A stretch of 64,000 bases of DNA from Octopus bimaculoides (taxonomy: Eukaryota): positions 4,515,755 through 4,579,754 of the forward strand of contig NC_068991.1 in assembly GCF_001194135.2 (NCBI RefSeq), in the 5' to 3' direction. Shown here in pieces: positions 37,318-51,897 of this stretch (its first letter is position 1; the number at the start of each line of letters is the position of its first letter). The notes under the pieces are model-generated. The model was not told the DNA's origin. It ran no database searches and was given only the letters and a program-made list of their open reading frames with translations. Made by a program: the position numbers and the translations under genes.

Positions 37318-40300
37318 NNNNNNNNNNNNNNNNNNNNNNNNNNNNNNNNNNNNNNNNNNNNNNNNNNNNNNNNNNNNNNNNNNNNNNNNNNNNNNNNNNN
37401 NNNNNNNNNNNATATATATGTATGTATGTATGTATGTATATATATGCGTATGTATGTATGTATGTATGTATATATATACATACATAAATAGGTAATAATT
37501 AAAATATCAAAGCGGAGAATCATAGATATGTATGTATATCCTGTTGTTTACTGATTACCGAATGATTAACATGGACGAAGCTTTGAGAGGTTGCGATAAA
37601 CATTTCAAAGTCTCAAAGGAACGTTAGTAAAGGCAACATGATATTGATTTACGCCAAACTTAAATCTTTTTCAATTTTAGTGAGAAAAATATAAATAAAT
37701 AAAAGGAACTCTACTATCAGACATATTGTCGTCTTTCAACAGAGTAGTCACACGCAGAGGCACATATGTTTGTCCTTTTATCAACAAAACTGTCTCCGTC
37801 CCTCTCTTTCTTTCACTACATCTTCATTTAAATCTCTCTCCTCTCTCTCTCTCTCTCTCTCCCCCTCTCTCTCTCTCTCTCCCCCCTCTCTCTCNNNNNN
37901 NNNNNNNNNNNNNNNNNNNNNNNNNNNNNNNNNNNNNNNNNNNNNNNNNNNNNNNNNNNNNNNNNNNNNNNNNNNNNNNNNNNNNNNNNNNNNNNNNNNN
38001 NNNNNNNNNNNNNNNNNNNNNNNNNNNNNNNNNNNNNNNNNNNNNNNNNNNNNNNNNNNNNNNNNNNNNNNNNNNNNNNNNNNNNNNNNNNNNNNNNNNN
38101 NNNNNNNNNNNNNNNNNNNNNNNNNNNNNNNNNNNNNNNNNNNNNNNNNNNNNNNNNNNNNNNNNNNNNNNNNNNNNNNNNNNNNNNNNNNNNNNNNNNN
38201 NNNNNNNNNNNNNNNNNNNNNNNNNNNNNNNNNNNNNNNNNNNNNNNNNNNNNNNNNNNNNNNNNNNNNNNNNNNNNNNNNNNNNNNNNNNNNNNNNNNN
38301 NNNNNNNNNNNNNNNNNNNNNNNNNNNNNNNNNNNNNNNNNNNNNNNNNNNNNNNCATAATCTGCGACAGGTTGATTTATAAGTAGGCATCTCGGTTCGG
38401 GAAGGACCTTTAATCCGTTTGATTACTTGCAGTTCATATGAATGTAGATATATATGTGTGTGTAGTTATAGATGCACACGTATATATATATATATATATA
38501 TGAATATATGTGACTCTGCGCGTGTGTTTGCGTACGTTGCTTGTATATGTGTGTATCTGTGCCTGTGCGTGTGTGTGTCTGTGTTTGTGTTGAGTATATA
38601 TGCGTCAATTTTCTTCGCAATTTGATCGAGTATATTTTCTGCCTACATGTGAGGAGAAAAAAATGTTCTATTTTGCAAAGCGAAATTATTTTAATTGTCA
38701 ATTTGTGCCTTCTTCAATTTCCTGTCGGTTTTCTGAAGGTTTGCCTCTATTCAAATATTTAATTCCACTTATGTTCACCTTCTCAACGGCTTTCGCTGTC
38801 GCATCAATACTTGTTAAAACTTTGATGGTAAACGACGAGGTTTAATTGTATTCATCTCGTAACTCGTTAGGAGAATACCGTTGACTACAGAACGCCATTC
38901 ATATTTAAATACTGCTGCTCCCGTGTAAGTGAAACAATGTCGGTTTGGAAAATGTTAGAATCTAGGAAGACCATTATTAATATCAGAATGCATGGAAGAG
39001 ACCCTAGTTAACTCATCATAGAAAGAAGGATAATAAGAAGCAGTTGGATTGCTTGGAATCGGTTGATAATATAAAATAAACATTCCACAGAGAGAGAGGT
39101 ACTGAAGAATCGCCAAATATAAATATCAAATAAAGAAACAGCATGAAGTATGACAGGGGCAGAATAATTGTCACGAGTTGTATAGCCCATCCTGAAGATG
39201 TGTACAAAGAATTGTATCAAGACACAAAATGACACCGTATTGTTGTATCGTACAAATCGAGGGTTACTTTAATTAATTCCTGTAGGGAATATTTGAATCT
39301 TTATTATTTGTAAGGGTTCTGCTTATGAAAATATATTTGTTAGTTTGAAGCAAACTAGAGCTAGCGTGAAATCGATTTATTTGTTCAATAAGAAACTGCT
39401 TCAGGACAGAAACATGCAGTATGCAGACTGAATAATTTGTGGCTGTTAACAAAACATAAATCAACAATGTTATGGCATTTAACAACATAGCATTCTCATT
39501 CATATCTTGTTCCAAATAATTCAGATATGTACTAAAGGACAGAAAAGTTACATCGGACGTAAATATACAGAATTAATTGGATATGATTCTTAGATATCAA
39601 TCTTACAAACTTGTAATTTTGTTAGATTAAAACTGTATGAGGTACACAATAAGTATCATTGACAGAGGTGGAAAATGCCTAGGAGCGATTTCAGTGTATT
39701 CAAGATTGTTGGGGACATTTTGAGAGTTGTAGTCAACCAAAGTTCTAATTTAAATTCTTGCAGCAGAGTGCAATCACTCTACGAAAGTCAAAAATTCAGA
39801 AATGGTGTTAAGCAGAGTGACGGCTTAAGCCACCTACGTAAAGTTGTTTGTTGTGAGGTCAATATTCGTAGAGAAGACCCATGGCAGATGGCATTTCATC
39901 TGTAATAAATCCAACTTGTTTTTTGATATTTTGCATGTAGAACTACATTATCTAATAATTCTGCTCCTTATTGAAGACTGCGTTATGTTTGGTTAGAACT
40001 GCTATTTTTAGCAAGTTGTATTATTACGTATAGGCTTCCCTTATTGATTCAATGTGTAGTATTTGTTTGGGTTTTTTTTCTTATTTAGGCAATTTCCAAA
40101 AATATCAATATCTAACACAGATAATTATTGGTTTAAAAAGGCGCAACATTCCCACCGTTCACATATCAGGAACCAAACGTGAAACCTTGTCATTGTAGAA
40201 CATATGGTTTAGACGTCCACCCAAACGCATCCATGTGATTCTGTTTCCTAAACAGTGTTCAACATTTTTGAATGTAACCACAGGTAAACAGTTTTCGAAG

Positions 40301-41151
40301 AAGCGGGCTGACTGCTATTTATTTTATTGCCGTATGAACGAAAGAGGAAATCCCAAAAGCATTTAAATTCGGAACATAAAGATAAATACACCAAAATATA
40401 TTGTGTGTGGTGCTCTACCAACTCCATTATTCGTATATCTTTTAATGATATTTGCGTATTACTATCAACTAATATCATTATACTTAAGTGCACATATATT
40501 GGCTTTTTCCATTTTTTTCTTTACTGATACTGAACATATTTCTATCCTAAGCTGTAGTTTAAATAATAAATATACCAAATAATAAAGCGTTGGTTTAGAT
40601 ATTTTGAACAGATCACTTTTTTTATAGAGACAAGGGAAAAGAGAAAATTGAAATCAATACAACTTCTCTAAACTTTGTCACGTTTCAAAGCTGATGGCAA
40701 TGTGATCAAGGGTGTTCATGAAATAGAAATAAATACATCCGCAAATAACTAAGAGAAACTAGTTAAATATACGGATTAACAGAATGAGAGAGATCAAACT
40801 GAGAGTGAACTGCTAAGTTAGAAAATAAACATTATCTTATGAATGAGTTGGCAGCGTACAGTGACACTCTACACAGATCTTGCGAAAGTTTGTTACGCTG
40901 TGAAATAGAAATTGTTCGTTAAGCATTATACGGAACGATTTCAAAAGAATATATCCTTGGTTTAATTTTTGGTTTCAACACACGCTGTATAGAAAAGTGA
41001 GGCATGCTTTTCACAGCTGGAAATATTGTTACATCTGATTTTAAATCAGTTTGATTAGAGGCAATCAGGGATGAATTAACAACCAAGGAGAATAACATTA
41101 AATTGTGTGTGTATGCATGTGTGTGTGTGCGTGTCTGTGTTTATAGATAGG

Positions 41152-41219
<68 letters not shown>

Positions 41220-42318
41220 CGATGATGACGATGATGATATTAGACTCTTCCATCGAAGAAGACGCATATGAGTCCAGCGAGAAAAGGGAGTAAAAAATCC
41301 AACAAATCAGACAATCCTATTAGTATTACTACCATTCGCCAATGTTTACAATTCATTAACTTCATCTGGTGACTCTTCATGTAAATTCTCAGGCCACCGA
41401 AAGCAATATGGATATCAGTTTTGAAATCGGACTAAATTTTAGCGGATTTTGTCACAAATAACGATGGAGTGCCAAGTCGGAAATAAAACGTACAATTTTT
41501 CTAAGAAGCCAATATTTGAATTTTATTGGCCAAAAGTTGTCTATAACTACGTAAACTTACGATGTTTGGTCAAAATGCAATTTTACCTACGTTGCTGTAG
41601 TTTTGGTGGGAAAAAATAAAATGATATACCTTTTGAACCTGCTTCGTGTGGGCATATGATAAAATTTGATGGAAACCTGTTTGTAATTTCTTGCTCGTCG
41701 TACGACTTCACAGATGCTCTCTCATTGCTTCGTAATCTTCTTTAGATTTCGACCCAGCATTGTTCTTTGCAAAAATATTTCTAGTAGAGTGTACATGGAC
41801 AATGTAGATGGTAATATCTCGGTGCCATTGGCAATGTAGAACATTCTATGTAATGAAACTTTGCATGATATATGGCGAAAAGAATCAAATCCAGCTGCTA
41901 TGGTATTCCTGTTAAAACTTGGTACAATGGTACCTTTGATAATATCTATTCACAAGAAATAGTATTTAAAGGAGACAGAAAAGTATTACATTCAGTTATA
42001 AAAATTAAGGTTATTAACATATTCATCAGTATACGTCAGAACGGTGACCGTTCTAATTTTAAATGGCATAGTTCAACGCGTATATAATTCTGCTTGAAAA
42101 ATACAAATTAATTTTCATTATAGTTTTTTCACTTCATTATTTAGAAGCACGCTAAACAGTCCTGAACAAAATAGAGTTATGAGAAATTCTAATTAACATG
42201 TTCGTCTTCATTCGGTCATAGAGAGACAATACGCTGCACAAGATACATCGTGAGGAGACAATATAGACAATATGACAACATTTATGTAGAGGCATCGCCA
42301 GATCATTAATAATGCTAC

Positions 42319-42424
42319 CGGACCGTAGGACGCATTTTCTTCGGCGTCGATTCGTTGCTCTTCATCACCCACGTATACCAAATCGTCGTTAATGGCCACT
42401 TGGGCAGAATGAAGCGTTTCGACG
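42319..42424 (-). CDS. Candidate exon (phase 2 to 0): VETLHSAQVAINDDLVYVGDEEQRIDAEENASYGP
   Basis: acceptor ttatgtgtttcag, GC-elevated, protein-like frame (ORF 42208-42480); the donor CCG/gtagca is uncertain and the frame stays open further. Confidence 0.45.
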
Positions 42425-42595
42425 CTGAAACACATAAGTATGTGTTTGTACATTGTGATTACTGTCCTCTTAGTTAACAAATAAACTGGTAAATTGACTC
42501 AATATAGCGTCTGCAAGTTGATGAATACCACCTATTCCCATCCATTTTCTTAGTGCTACATAAATTAAGGGTAAAATATCTTTTAATATATATAA

Positions 42596-42712
42596 GGGTC
42601 CGATAGAATAAGTGCTATGCTCCCTAAGAATAAGTCCCGGGGTCGATTTGTTCGAGTAAAGGCGGTGCTCCAGCATGGCCGCAGTGAAAATGACTGAAAC
42701 AAATAAAAGAAT
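42596..42712 (+). mobile_element. SINE family A 3' tail
   Basis: ccgatagaataagtgcta..agaataagtcccggggtcgatttgttcgagtaaaggcggtgctccagcatggccgcagtgaaaatgactgaaacaaataaaaga. Confidence 0.9.
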
Positions 42713-43237
42713 ATTTATATCGGTGTGCGCATGCGTGCGCGCGCGCGCGCGCGACTGTGTAGCTGTCAATGTGGGCAGGTGCGTTTGATGAGGAATATCA
42801 TTTCTGTAAGACACCAAAAGTCTCATAAACAACACTAACATGTAGAAGCAAATTCTTACATCATTTTGGTTTTTCCAACTTTCACTTGCATTCTTTCAGA
42901 AATATGTTAGAAATCGTGATACATCTCTCCATAACTCACTGACGTTTTTATTTCATCATGTCATAATTCGCTTCAGCTACCTATGTGTGTGTGTGTGTTT
43001 ATGCTCTGTGTGTGTGTTTATGTTGGGTGGGTGTATGTTTGGCAACGGATGCATGTGTGTGTGAGAGACTGAGTGCCTGCGTGCGCATGTGTGTGTATGA
43101 GCCTGCATGTTTGTACGTACACGTCTGCGGGTCTTTGTATGTGCATGAGGTTTATGTATGCTTCTATTAACAAAGTTGTGGACGGGTTTTAATTTAATTT
43201 TCTTTTTTCTCTTTGCATATACTGCTACGTTGTTCAT

Positions 43238-43690
43238 CTTCATCGCCATCATCATCATCATCATTATAACCATCACCATCATCATTATCATCAGCATCAA
43301 CATATTCATCAACTTCATCATCATCATCATCATCACCATCATCGCCACCACCACCCCTATCATAATTATCGTCGTCGTCATCGTCATCATCACCACCACA
43401 ACCACCACCATCATCACCTTCATCATCTTCATGCTGCCCTCCGTTCTCTCCATCATCATCATCGTTGTCGTCACCATCATCATCACCGTCATCACTGCCA
43501 ACATGAACTTCATTCTCATCATCATCGTCAAATCCATACCATCCTTTCCTTCCTCTTCCCTCCCCTTCCTCCTCATTATCATGATCGTTGGTGTTGCCTT
43601 TGCCATCATCATCATCATCATCGTCATTAGCATCATCATCATTATCGTCGTCATCATGAACATCACCATCATCATCATCATCATCATCAA
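43238..43690. repeat. Long degenerate (ATC)n/(GTC)n/(ACC)n trinucleotide tract
   Basis: catcatcat with phase-preserving substitutions; yields poly-D, poly-M and poly-I ORFs on both strands. Confidence 0.95.
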
Positions 43691-44020
43691 TACGTCTACT
43701 TTGCCCCTTCGTGTTTATTCTCATCGGAATGTTCTCCACCATTACCTGTTCATTGTTATTCTGACAATCAATTAACATTATCTCCATTCTCATCACTTGT
43801 AACTTTACAGATGTTGTACCTAGTGAACACACCATTCTTTCTAATGAAGTAGCTACAGTCATCTGTGCGTCGAACAGAATGCGTCAGAAATATGTTCTGA
43901 TGATCAAAGTTGGAATCAGGCCAAGACGGACCTCAACCAACATGATCGATAATTATATTACTAGTCATGTACTGGGAGCCAATGTCGATAGTAATAGCAA
44001 GCTACGCTTTCCCTTATGTG

Positions 44021-44370
44021 TTTACATTTTTCAGTCATTAGGCAACGGCCATGCTGGGGCACCACCTTCAAGGGTTTCTTTTATCGAACGAATCCAACCC
44101 AGTACATATTTATTTTAGACTGGTACTTATTCTTTTGTGTGTGTGTTTTGCCAAATCACTAAGTTGTGGGGATGTAAACAAACCAGCAAGTGTTCTCCAG
44201 TGGTAGCAGATGATAAATACATACACACACACACATATATATATATCTGATGTTCGACGGGTTTCTTTCAGTTTCCATTTATTCAATCTTCTCATAAGGA
44301 TTCGAACAGCTTATGGTGTAGTATAAGACATTTAGTCAACATGCAACGCACAGGAGCTGAAACCGGAGCC
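44021..44370 (-). mobile_element. SINE family A, 5'-truncated
   Basis: tttcagtcattaggcaacggccatgctggggcacc..cgacgggtttctttcagtttcc..gctgaaaccggagcc. Confidence 0.75.
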
Positions 44371-44371
44371 A

Positions 44372-44452
44372 ATCAATTCATTCGACTAAATCCCTTTCGA
44401 GCTGGTGCCCCAGCATGGCCGCAATCCAATGACTGAAAAAAGTAACATAAAA
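44372..44452 (+). mobile_element. SINE family A tail, inverted relative to and abutting the previous copy
   Basis: ttcattcgactaaa..tggtgccccagcatggccgcaatccaatgactgaaaaaagtaa. Confidence 0.8.
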
Positions 44453-44905
44453 CATGCATCTTCGGCAAGGAAGAGGATAAACCGTGGAACCTGTCGTTGA
44501 TTGGCTGATTGTGTACAACCAGTCAACATCCGGTAGGAAGGACCTTAGCTACTGTAAAGTGTAGTTTGACTACATTCAACTGTTAAAACTTGGAATTTCT
44601 CCCAAAATGTCTCATCAGAGCCAAGTCGGCGTTCAAACGTTTCCAACACAGACAATTCTTGCCACACAAGCGATCATTAAGGGCATGGAACTGTGATTAC
44701 CTCGCAATGATATAGTTTACAACTAAACGATACTAACAGAAATAATGAGCGTATAAATATGTGTGTACGTATGTATGATGTATGTAGCTATGTATCTATG
44801 TGTGTATGTCTGTATCTATCTATACATCTATCTATTGGTAGAACAATGCACCAATATTCACTGGAAATAGCAGACGATAATATACGACGCTATAGTAAAG
44901 CTTCA

Positions 44906-44936
<31 letters not shown>

Positions 44937-44961
44937 CGTCTTTGCCAGTATATATATATAC

Positions 44962-45072
<111 letters not shown>

Positions 45073-45194
45073 ATTATAGCACCGCATATTATCGACTGCT
45101 ATTTTCAGTAAATATTGGTGCATTTTTGTACCACTATCCTATATTTGCACTTTAATTTGATACTGCTTTGTTTTACTGGAAAGCAATACTATTA

Positions 45195-45233
<39 letters not shown>

Positions 45234-46058
45234 GTGTGTGTATGTGTGTGTCTGTGTGTGTGTGAGTGTGTGTGTATGTGTGTTTGTATATATGTATGAT
45301 GAATGTATGTACGTATGCATGTATGTGTGCGTGTGTTTGTAAATATGAGTGCCTGTGTGTTTGTATGCATTAGATAAGGGGAAATGTATTTTAGGGAAAT
45401 GATGTATAAAACGCAAGAAATATTGAAAGAATGTTGGATAATATACAGTATATAGAAAGAAGTGGAACATCTCAATTAACCAAAGAGTTCAATAAATAAA
45501 AGAACATCTCAAATAAGGATTCAATCAATCAATCACTTTCTCATGTAATAATTGAAACTAAATAAAGCATTGCAAATTCCAATAAATTCTACCCCGAAGA
45601 ACAGTTAAACCCATCTTTAAATTCCATGTAATTTCACACTCAGTGAGTTAAAATAAGAATACTACGTCTAATATGATATCACGTACATCTCTCATTATAT
45701 TGGATTCCAAATCTTTGCTTCTAGCAGGGAATCTTGCGAAAGTTGGTTATAATTTTAGACAAAGAATTCTAAATACCAGTTCTTTATTATTTGCTTCTTT
45801 TTCAGTAATTAATGATATGTTTATTTATAATTCTGTGATTATACCTCCGCGGAGTCAATAATTGTATCTCAATCTACAAACACACATGGAAATCTTATGG
45901 CTTACGTAGGGAACGTAGAAAACGCAGAGTCTAACAGCTTACATTTATCTAACATACACATATGTTCTAACACAACGTGCACGGAGAATATCTTTCTATC
46001 AACCACAAATATATAGACGTATTCACTCATATACAATCACTCACACAAACATACACAC

Positions 46059-46116
<58 letters not shown>

Positions 46117-47201
46117 GAGCGTTAATGTAACTGTACGCATGTTTTCATGTATGCTTATACCTGCATTACACACACAGACACACACGCATACACACACACA
46201 CACACACACGTATATATATATATACATATGTGTGTGTGTGTGTGTGTGTGGAGGGCGTTTGGGGGTGAGTTTTGTATGTGTGTTAGGAAAAGAGGTTCAG
46301 CACAGCATTAAACTAATAGAACCAACGCTTTCGGGTTGCCTGGAATAATATTTATGCGAAGAGGTTTGGTACTAAATCGTTACACATACATACATATGTA
46401 AATATATATAAATATGTATACACAAATATAAAATATCTGTATACGGGATTGCAAATATATTTATCTACATATCTCACTTTATGCATGCATGTTGTCAGTT
46501 TCAAGCACAGATATTATCAATTCTACGCATTCTTGCATAACTATGCATTCAGATATTTTTTGTATCTATCAACATATATCTGTATATTCGGACACAATTT
46601 AACATATATACACACAAATCTTGCTTTATGCATACGTGAAATTAGTTAAAAACGTGGACATTATCTCCTCTCCGCATTCCTGCATAAATACATGTTAAAA
46701 TGTATGCTTGTATGTATACATTTCCATATGCTTCATATGAATATCAATTCCAGTGCCTACATGTATGGCCATGTATGTATGTATGTATATGTATATATAT
46801 ATATATATATATACACATATATACATACATATATACGTATAAATATATATATACATATATACATAATATAATTATACATATATAATATACAGCCATCTAT
46901 ATAAACATATATATATATATATATATATACATTATATATAAATGTGTGTGTGTGTGTGTGCATTACTTCGTACAGGTATGTGCATGTATTTTAGGCCACT
47001 TCTAATATGTGTTCATGTGTAATTTTTTTTTAATTTTTTTTTTTATTATCCTTTCTTATTTATAAATACCGTTAATTATTAGTTAATTCATTTTGCTAGT
47101 AGGCCAAGGAAAGATATTCGGAGACATTTTATTTGCACATTGCAGAAGGCAATGTGAAAGTAAATTAATTTGTTCGCTCAGACCTGGAAATACCCTCTTA
47201 C

Positions 47202-47294
47202 ATTTTCAATCATACCGATCAGAAAGAATAGAAAATTATGATATAAAAAACCGTGCTCAGCCCAGAATATCCATACGGCATTTTCACATACATG
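47202..47294 (-). CDS. Candidate 93-nt exon (phase 0-0): HVCENAVWIFWAEHGFLYHNFLFFLIGMIEN
   Basis: acceptor cattttcaaatag, donor AAT/gtaaga, single open frame. Confidence 0.3.
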
Positions 47295-47760
47295 CTATTT
47301 GAAAATGAACCTTATGACGCATACAGTGAGGTATACATATATATATATATATATTATATGATTAATCATACACATTATTATCAAACTACTCATTGATGTA
47401 CAAGAAAATTCCACACGTTCCCGCATACACTATCACCTATTCCGAAACAGCAACAGCAACAAATTGCTAGAGAATTACAGAAATGAAGACGAACACTTAC
47501 AAATAGTCTTGTGTGCAGTGACGTGTACATACGAGAATTGAATGCTCAGGGTATAATCATTGGACATAAATAGAAGAGGTTGAAACGAAGGGAACCATTT
47601 TCTTACCTATTTCTATAATTGTTTGTCTTCCTATTGTGCAGCAAGGAATGAAGTATCAGTATAAAACAAGGGAAGATTTCTGAGTTCTCGTGATACCTGC
47701 GTTAATATCTAATACTTGCCTGATTTAGTTGATTAATTTTCCTAAATGTAAATTTACATA

Positions 47761-47930
47761 GGCGCAGGAGGGGCTATGTGGTAAGTAGCTTGCTTACTAA
47801 CCACGTGGTTCCGGGTTTAGTCCCACTGCGTGGCACTTTGGAGAAGTGTCTTCTGCTATAGCCTCGGGCCGACCAAAGCCTTGTGAGTGGATTCGGTACA
47901 GGGAAACTGAAAAAAGCCGTCGTATACATA
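47761..47930 (+). mobile_element. SINE family A 5' half (clearest tRNA-like head)
   Basis: ggcgcaggaggggctatgtggtaagtagcttgcttactaaccacgtggttccgggtttagtcccactgcgtggcactttggagaagtgtcttctgctatagcctcgggccgaccaaagccttgtgagtggattcgg. Confidence 0.9.
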
Positions 47931-48536
47931 TATATGAGCAATCGTGTATGTTTCATTGCGTGTAGGAGCATGTATAATTTTATGTGGTTGTATATTAGTG
48001 TAACGGCCAGGAATATAATTGCTATTATGCGTGTGAATTTATAGGGAAAAATAGCGCGTAAGTACGTGAATAAACGAACGAAAATACCATATGTATGTAT
48101 AAGAATGTACGACATGATATCACGTGTTTATTGTTTTGTTTGTCTATGTGTGATATAAACTAGTGCGTTGCAAGCATTACGGGAAGACTGGTTTGATTGC
48201 AGATAGGTGTTTAGCAAAGAATGAAGGCAATTAAATGTTTTGTTAATTATTCTTTCAGATATCATAAATCGTTACACGTAAACAGGTGCAACAAATCAAA
48301 AGGAAAAAAAATGTATCACAATTAAATGTGGAAAATAGGGAAAAAAAATTTCAGTTAATTTATATAAACAATTTTCATCAATTCCTTGCTATCAAATGAA
48401 AACATATTAATCGTATTTGAGTGCATACTTCACCAAAGGGCATTTATATACATGACAGAATGTATTAACACCATTGGGAATATACATATGTGCATACGTA
48501 CGTGTGTATGTATCTATGTATGTACTGGTGTATGTG

Positions 48537-48601
<65 letters not shown>

Positions 48602-48751
48602 GTATGCAAGTATATGTCGAAGAATCAATGCGGGCATGCTTATGTGCGTGTGTATGTTTGTGTGTGTGGTTTGTTTCTTTGTTTACATGTGTGCGTGTAT
48701 GTGTGTATGAATGCGCGTCAGTTACAAAGAATGAGTGGAACTATATATATA

Positions 48752-48789
<38 letters not shown>

Positions 48790-49357
48790 CATACATATAC
48801 ATATATACACACATATATATATGCACACACAACTATATATTTGTCAATGTATGTTTGTATATACAAATATCTATGAATCTATACACATTTGTGTGTGAGT
48901 GTGTGTGTATGAGTGTTCGTGCGTGTGTGGGCGTGCGTGCGAGTGTGTACGAATGCGCACGCGTGCGAGTGTGTATCACTGTGAGTGTGTGTCTGTGTCT
49001 TCTTCGATAGAATTTGTAGGATGGAAGTATGTTTCCTTTATATGAAGAACGCAATACGAAATTCATTTTTTGAACGCCATATTATTTTATTAAAACGTGT
49101 CACCGTGATCTTTTCAATCCCGAGTGGTCTTCAGTTCCTATTCATATGTATAAGCATATCTTGTATGCAAGTATTTAATCTTGTATATAACCATATATGC
49201 GTTTTATAATCGGAAATATTTATACTCATTATCTGTTACACAGAAAGAACATATCGAGTATAAATTCCTTTATATGCCATACCACTTGATAGGATTACCT
49301 ATGGCTTAACACCTGCGCCCATAAATTTCTGCTTCTTCTGTACGACTTTGATAATTA

Positions 49358-49597
49358 GTCCCCAAGTACCAGATCATCAATCGAAAGTTCTACTACGACG
49401 TCTTGAAGTAAAATCAACCGTATTTCTGCAGCGCGAAGAATCAGATTCTTCACAACGGCAAAGCACTCTGTCACCAAGATCTCCTCACTCGTGAGATTGT
49501 TTCGAAAACCAATATAGTATCGCTTCCCCACCCGCCCTGTTCAACAGATTCAACACTTGGAGACTTCCATCTCTTCTCAATGGTGAAAATACATCTC
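49358..49597 (+). mobile_element. Decayed mariner (Tc1/mariner) transposase fragment, catalytic-domain C-terminal half
   Basis: translates, with a stop and a frameshift, to VPKYQIINRKFYYDVLK*..QILHNGKALCHQDLLTREIVSKTNIVSL/HPPCSTDSTLGDFHLFSMVKIHL, matching the mariner motifs VP.G.TVN..YY..VL, WILHHDNAPAH and HPPYSPDLAP.DF.LF. Confidence 0.8.
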
Positions 49598-50707
49598 GTA
49601 TAATATTCGTATGTGCTTTATGTTTTGTTAATATCGTGAAATGTTACAAGATGTCACCTACGTTAGTATTCAGCATATTAAATTCTAGTAAATATGTCAT
49701 ACTATACTCTAATTTGGAATAGGCTATACATTTTGGTCTACTTATGTTTGCGTTCACAGTAACAAAGATTAATGCGTATAAAACTCACACCCGAAGTATC
49801 TCTATAAAAGTAATAAAGTATAATGAATTAAAAGCATACTGAAAGAGCTAATGGATCTAACAACTTTAAAATAATGTCATAAATTCCGAGTAAATATTAT
49901 ACTAATATCAATCACATGAAATAGCAAACCGTTTTATTCTATGGGAATTTTTTTTCTGCGACTTCTTTAAAATATGCTGCTACGCCAATACGAAATGATC
50001 GACCGCATACAGCAGCGATGACGTTCTAAAGGCTGGTGCAGTTTCAATGGGAAACGATGCCCCAGCCACCATATTCGCTGAACATTGCCCCACTTAATTA
50101 TCATTCATTCTGTAGTCTTTAAATCATTTGGACGCTCATAATATGAACTCTGTAGACGAGGTAAGAACAGTACTGGAGAAGAATTTTTCGTCGCGGACAA
50201 GTGAATTTTGGAAGAGAGAGACCTTGCAAGTCTACTAAACTATAAAACGTATTTGCTACATTAATACTCCCCAGAAAACATCTAATTCCAAAGACTTTCA
50301 ACAATTCTTTCAAATGGCACTGCCGAATACTTTAAAGAAATAGATATATTCACCTATCAGTATTGTTATCTGGTTCTAAAAATAAAACCTGTGAAAGACT
50401 AAACACACGTAAATGAATTTAATATTGCTGTAAATGTTGATGTTAAAATATCCCAAACCCTCAATGAGTTGATGGAACAGAATCGAGCTTTCTATGACTT
50501 CTTTTCCTTTTCAAAATCTTATGGATAATTTCACATGAAACTGAACAATTAGATTCAAATCGCTCAGTGCAAAATTCTGCCCCCTAAGGAAATCGATTCT
50601 GAATAAAATAATGCACAAATTTAAAATTAACTCCAGTCTAACTCGATGGGAATCACAACTCAATACATTCCCTTTTACGTAATTTAAATAAAATATTTTG
50701 AAAGCCA

Positions 50708-50745
<38 letters not shown>

Positions 50746-51865
50746 TGTGTATCCATACACGTGTATATGCAGCTATGCATCTCTCCCTATGTATAGGAAT
50801 ATTCTTTTTCATGACAAATGACATTAAGGCATATCTATCTCTCCACACTGTTTCCCTAAATCATTTTGCAGATGCGTGTGCATCTGTGTCTTTGTATCTT
50901 TGATTGTGTGAATACCGTACCGCTTTTACTACTGTTTTCTAAATTTTCTACTTGCATGTTTTGTCTCATATATGTACATATACAGGCACACACACACATA
51001 TATATATATGTATATATNNNNNNNNNNNNNNNNNNNNNNNNNNNNNNNNNNNNNNNNNNNNNNNNNNNNNNNNNNNNNNNNNNNNNNNNNNNNNNNNNNN
51101 NNNNNNNNNNNNNNNNNNNNNNNNNNNNNNNNNNNNNNNNNNNNNNNNNNNNNNNNNNNNNNNNNNNNNNNNNNNNNNNNNNNNNNNNNNNNNNNNNNNN
51201 NNNNNNNNNNNNNNNNNNNNNNNNNNNNNNNNNNNNNNNNNNNNNNNNNNNNNNNNNNNNNNNNNNNNNNNNNNNNNNNNNNNNNNNNNNNNNNNNNNNN
51301 NNNNNNNNNNNNNNNNNNNNNNNNNNNNNNNNNNNNNNNNNNNNNNNNNNNNNNNNNNNNNNNNNNNNNNNNNNNNNNNNNNNNNNNNNNNNNNNNNNNN
51401 NNNNNNNNNNNNNNNNNNNNNNNNNNNNNNNNNNNNNNNNNNNNNNNNNNNNNNNNNNNNTATATATATATATGTATATACATATATACGTGTGTGTGTG
51501 TGTATGTTCCTGTGTTTGCATGTGTGTGTAACTGTATATTCTTATGTCTATGAGCGTGTGTTCTGCTCAGCAAAAGTGTTTACGTTTAGGGCAAGAGTAA
51601 TCTTTTCACTTGTCTACAAAGCCCAACGATTCGAAAAAGATAGATTGACAAATTAAATTAAATATCAGGGTCGTAGTAATCAACAACATCACTTAGAGGC
51701 TGTGAATCAGTCTGGCTATCGTCCAATTACACAAACACGTAAAAAAATTTTAAAAAACACAACAGCACACACACACATACACACATACGCACACATATAC
51801 ATACACATACACACACATACACACACATATGCACACACATACACACACATACACACATACACACA

Positions 51866-51897
<32 letters not shown>

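Noticed and set aside
38740-38905. Minus frame QRYSPNELRDEYN*TSSFTIKVLTSIDATAKAVEKVNISG.. and similar single-stop frames (45680-45850 minus, 57745-57880 plus)
   Set aside because: No recognisable motif and no convincing splice pair; expected by chance or from unrecognisable old TE debris
42360-42400. VYVGDEEQ resembles actin YVGDEAQ; AINDDLVYVGDEE resembles Calx-beta
   Set aside because: Neither alignment extends beyond a few residues; the exon is reported without a name
47093-47160. GQGKIFGDILF resembles a cyclic-nucleotide-binding G..FGE motif
   Set aside because: The key Glu is absent, the motif is isolated and there is no further CNBD sequence
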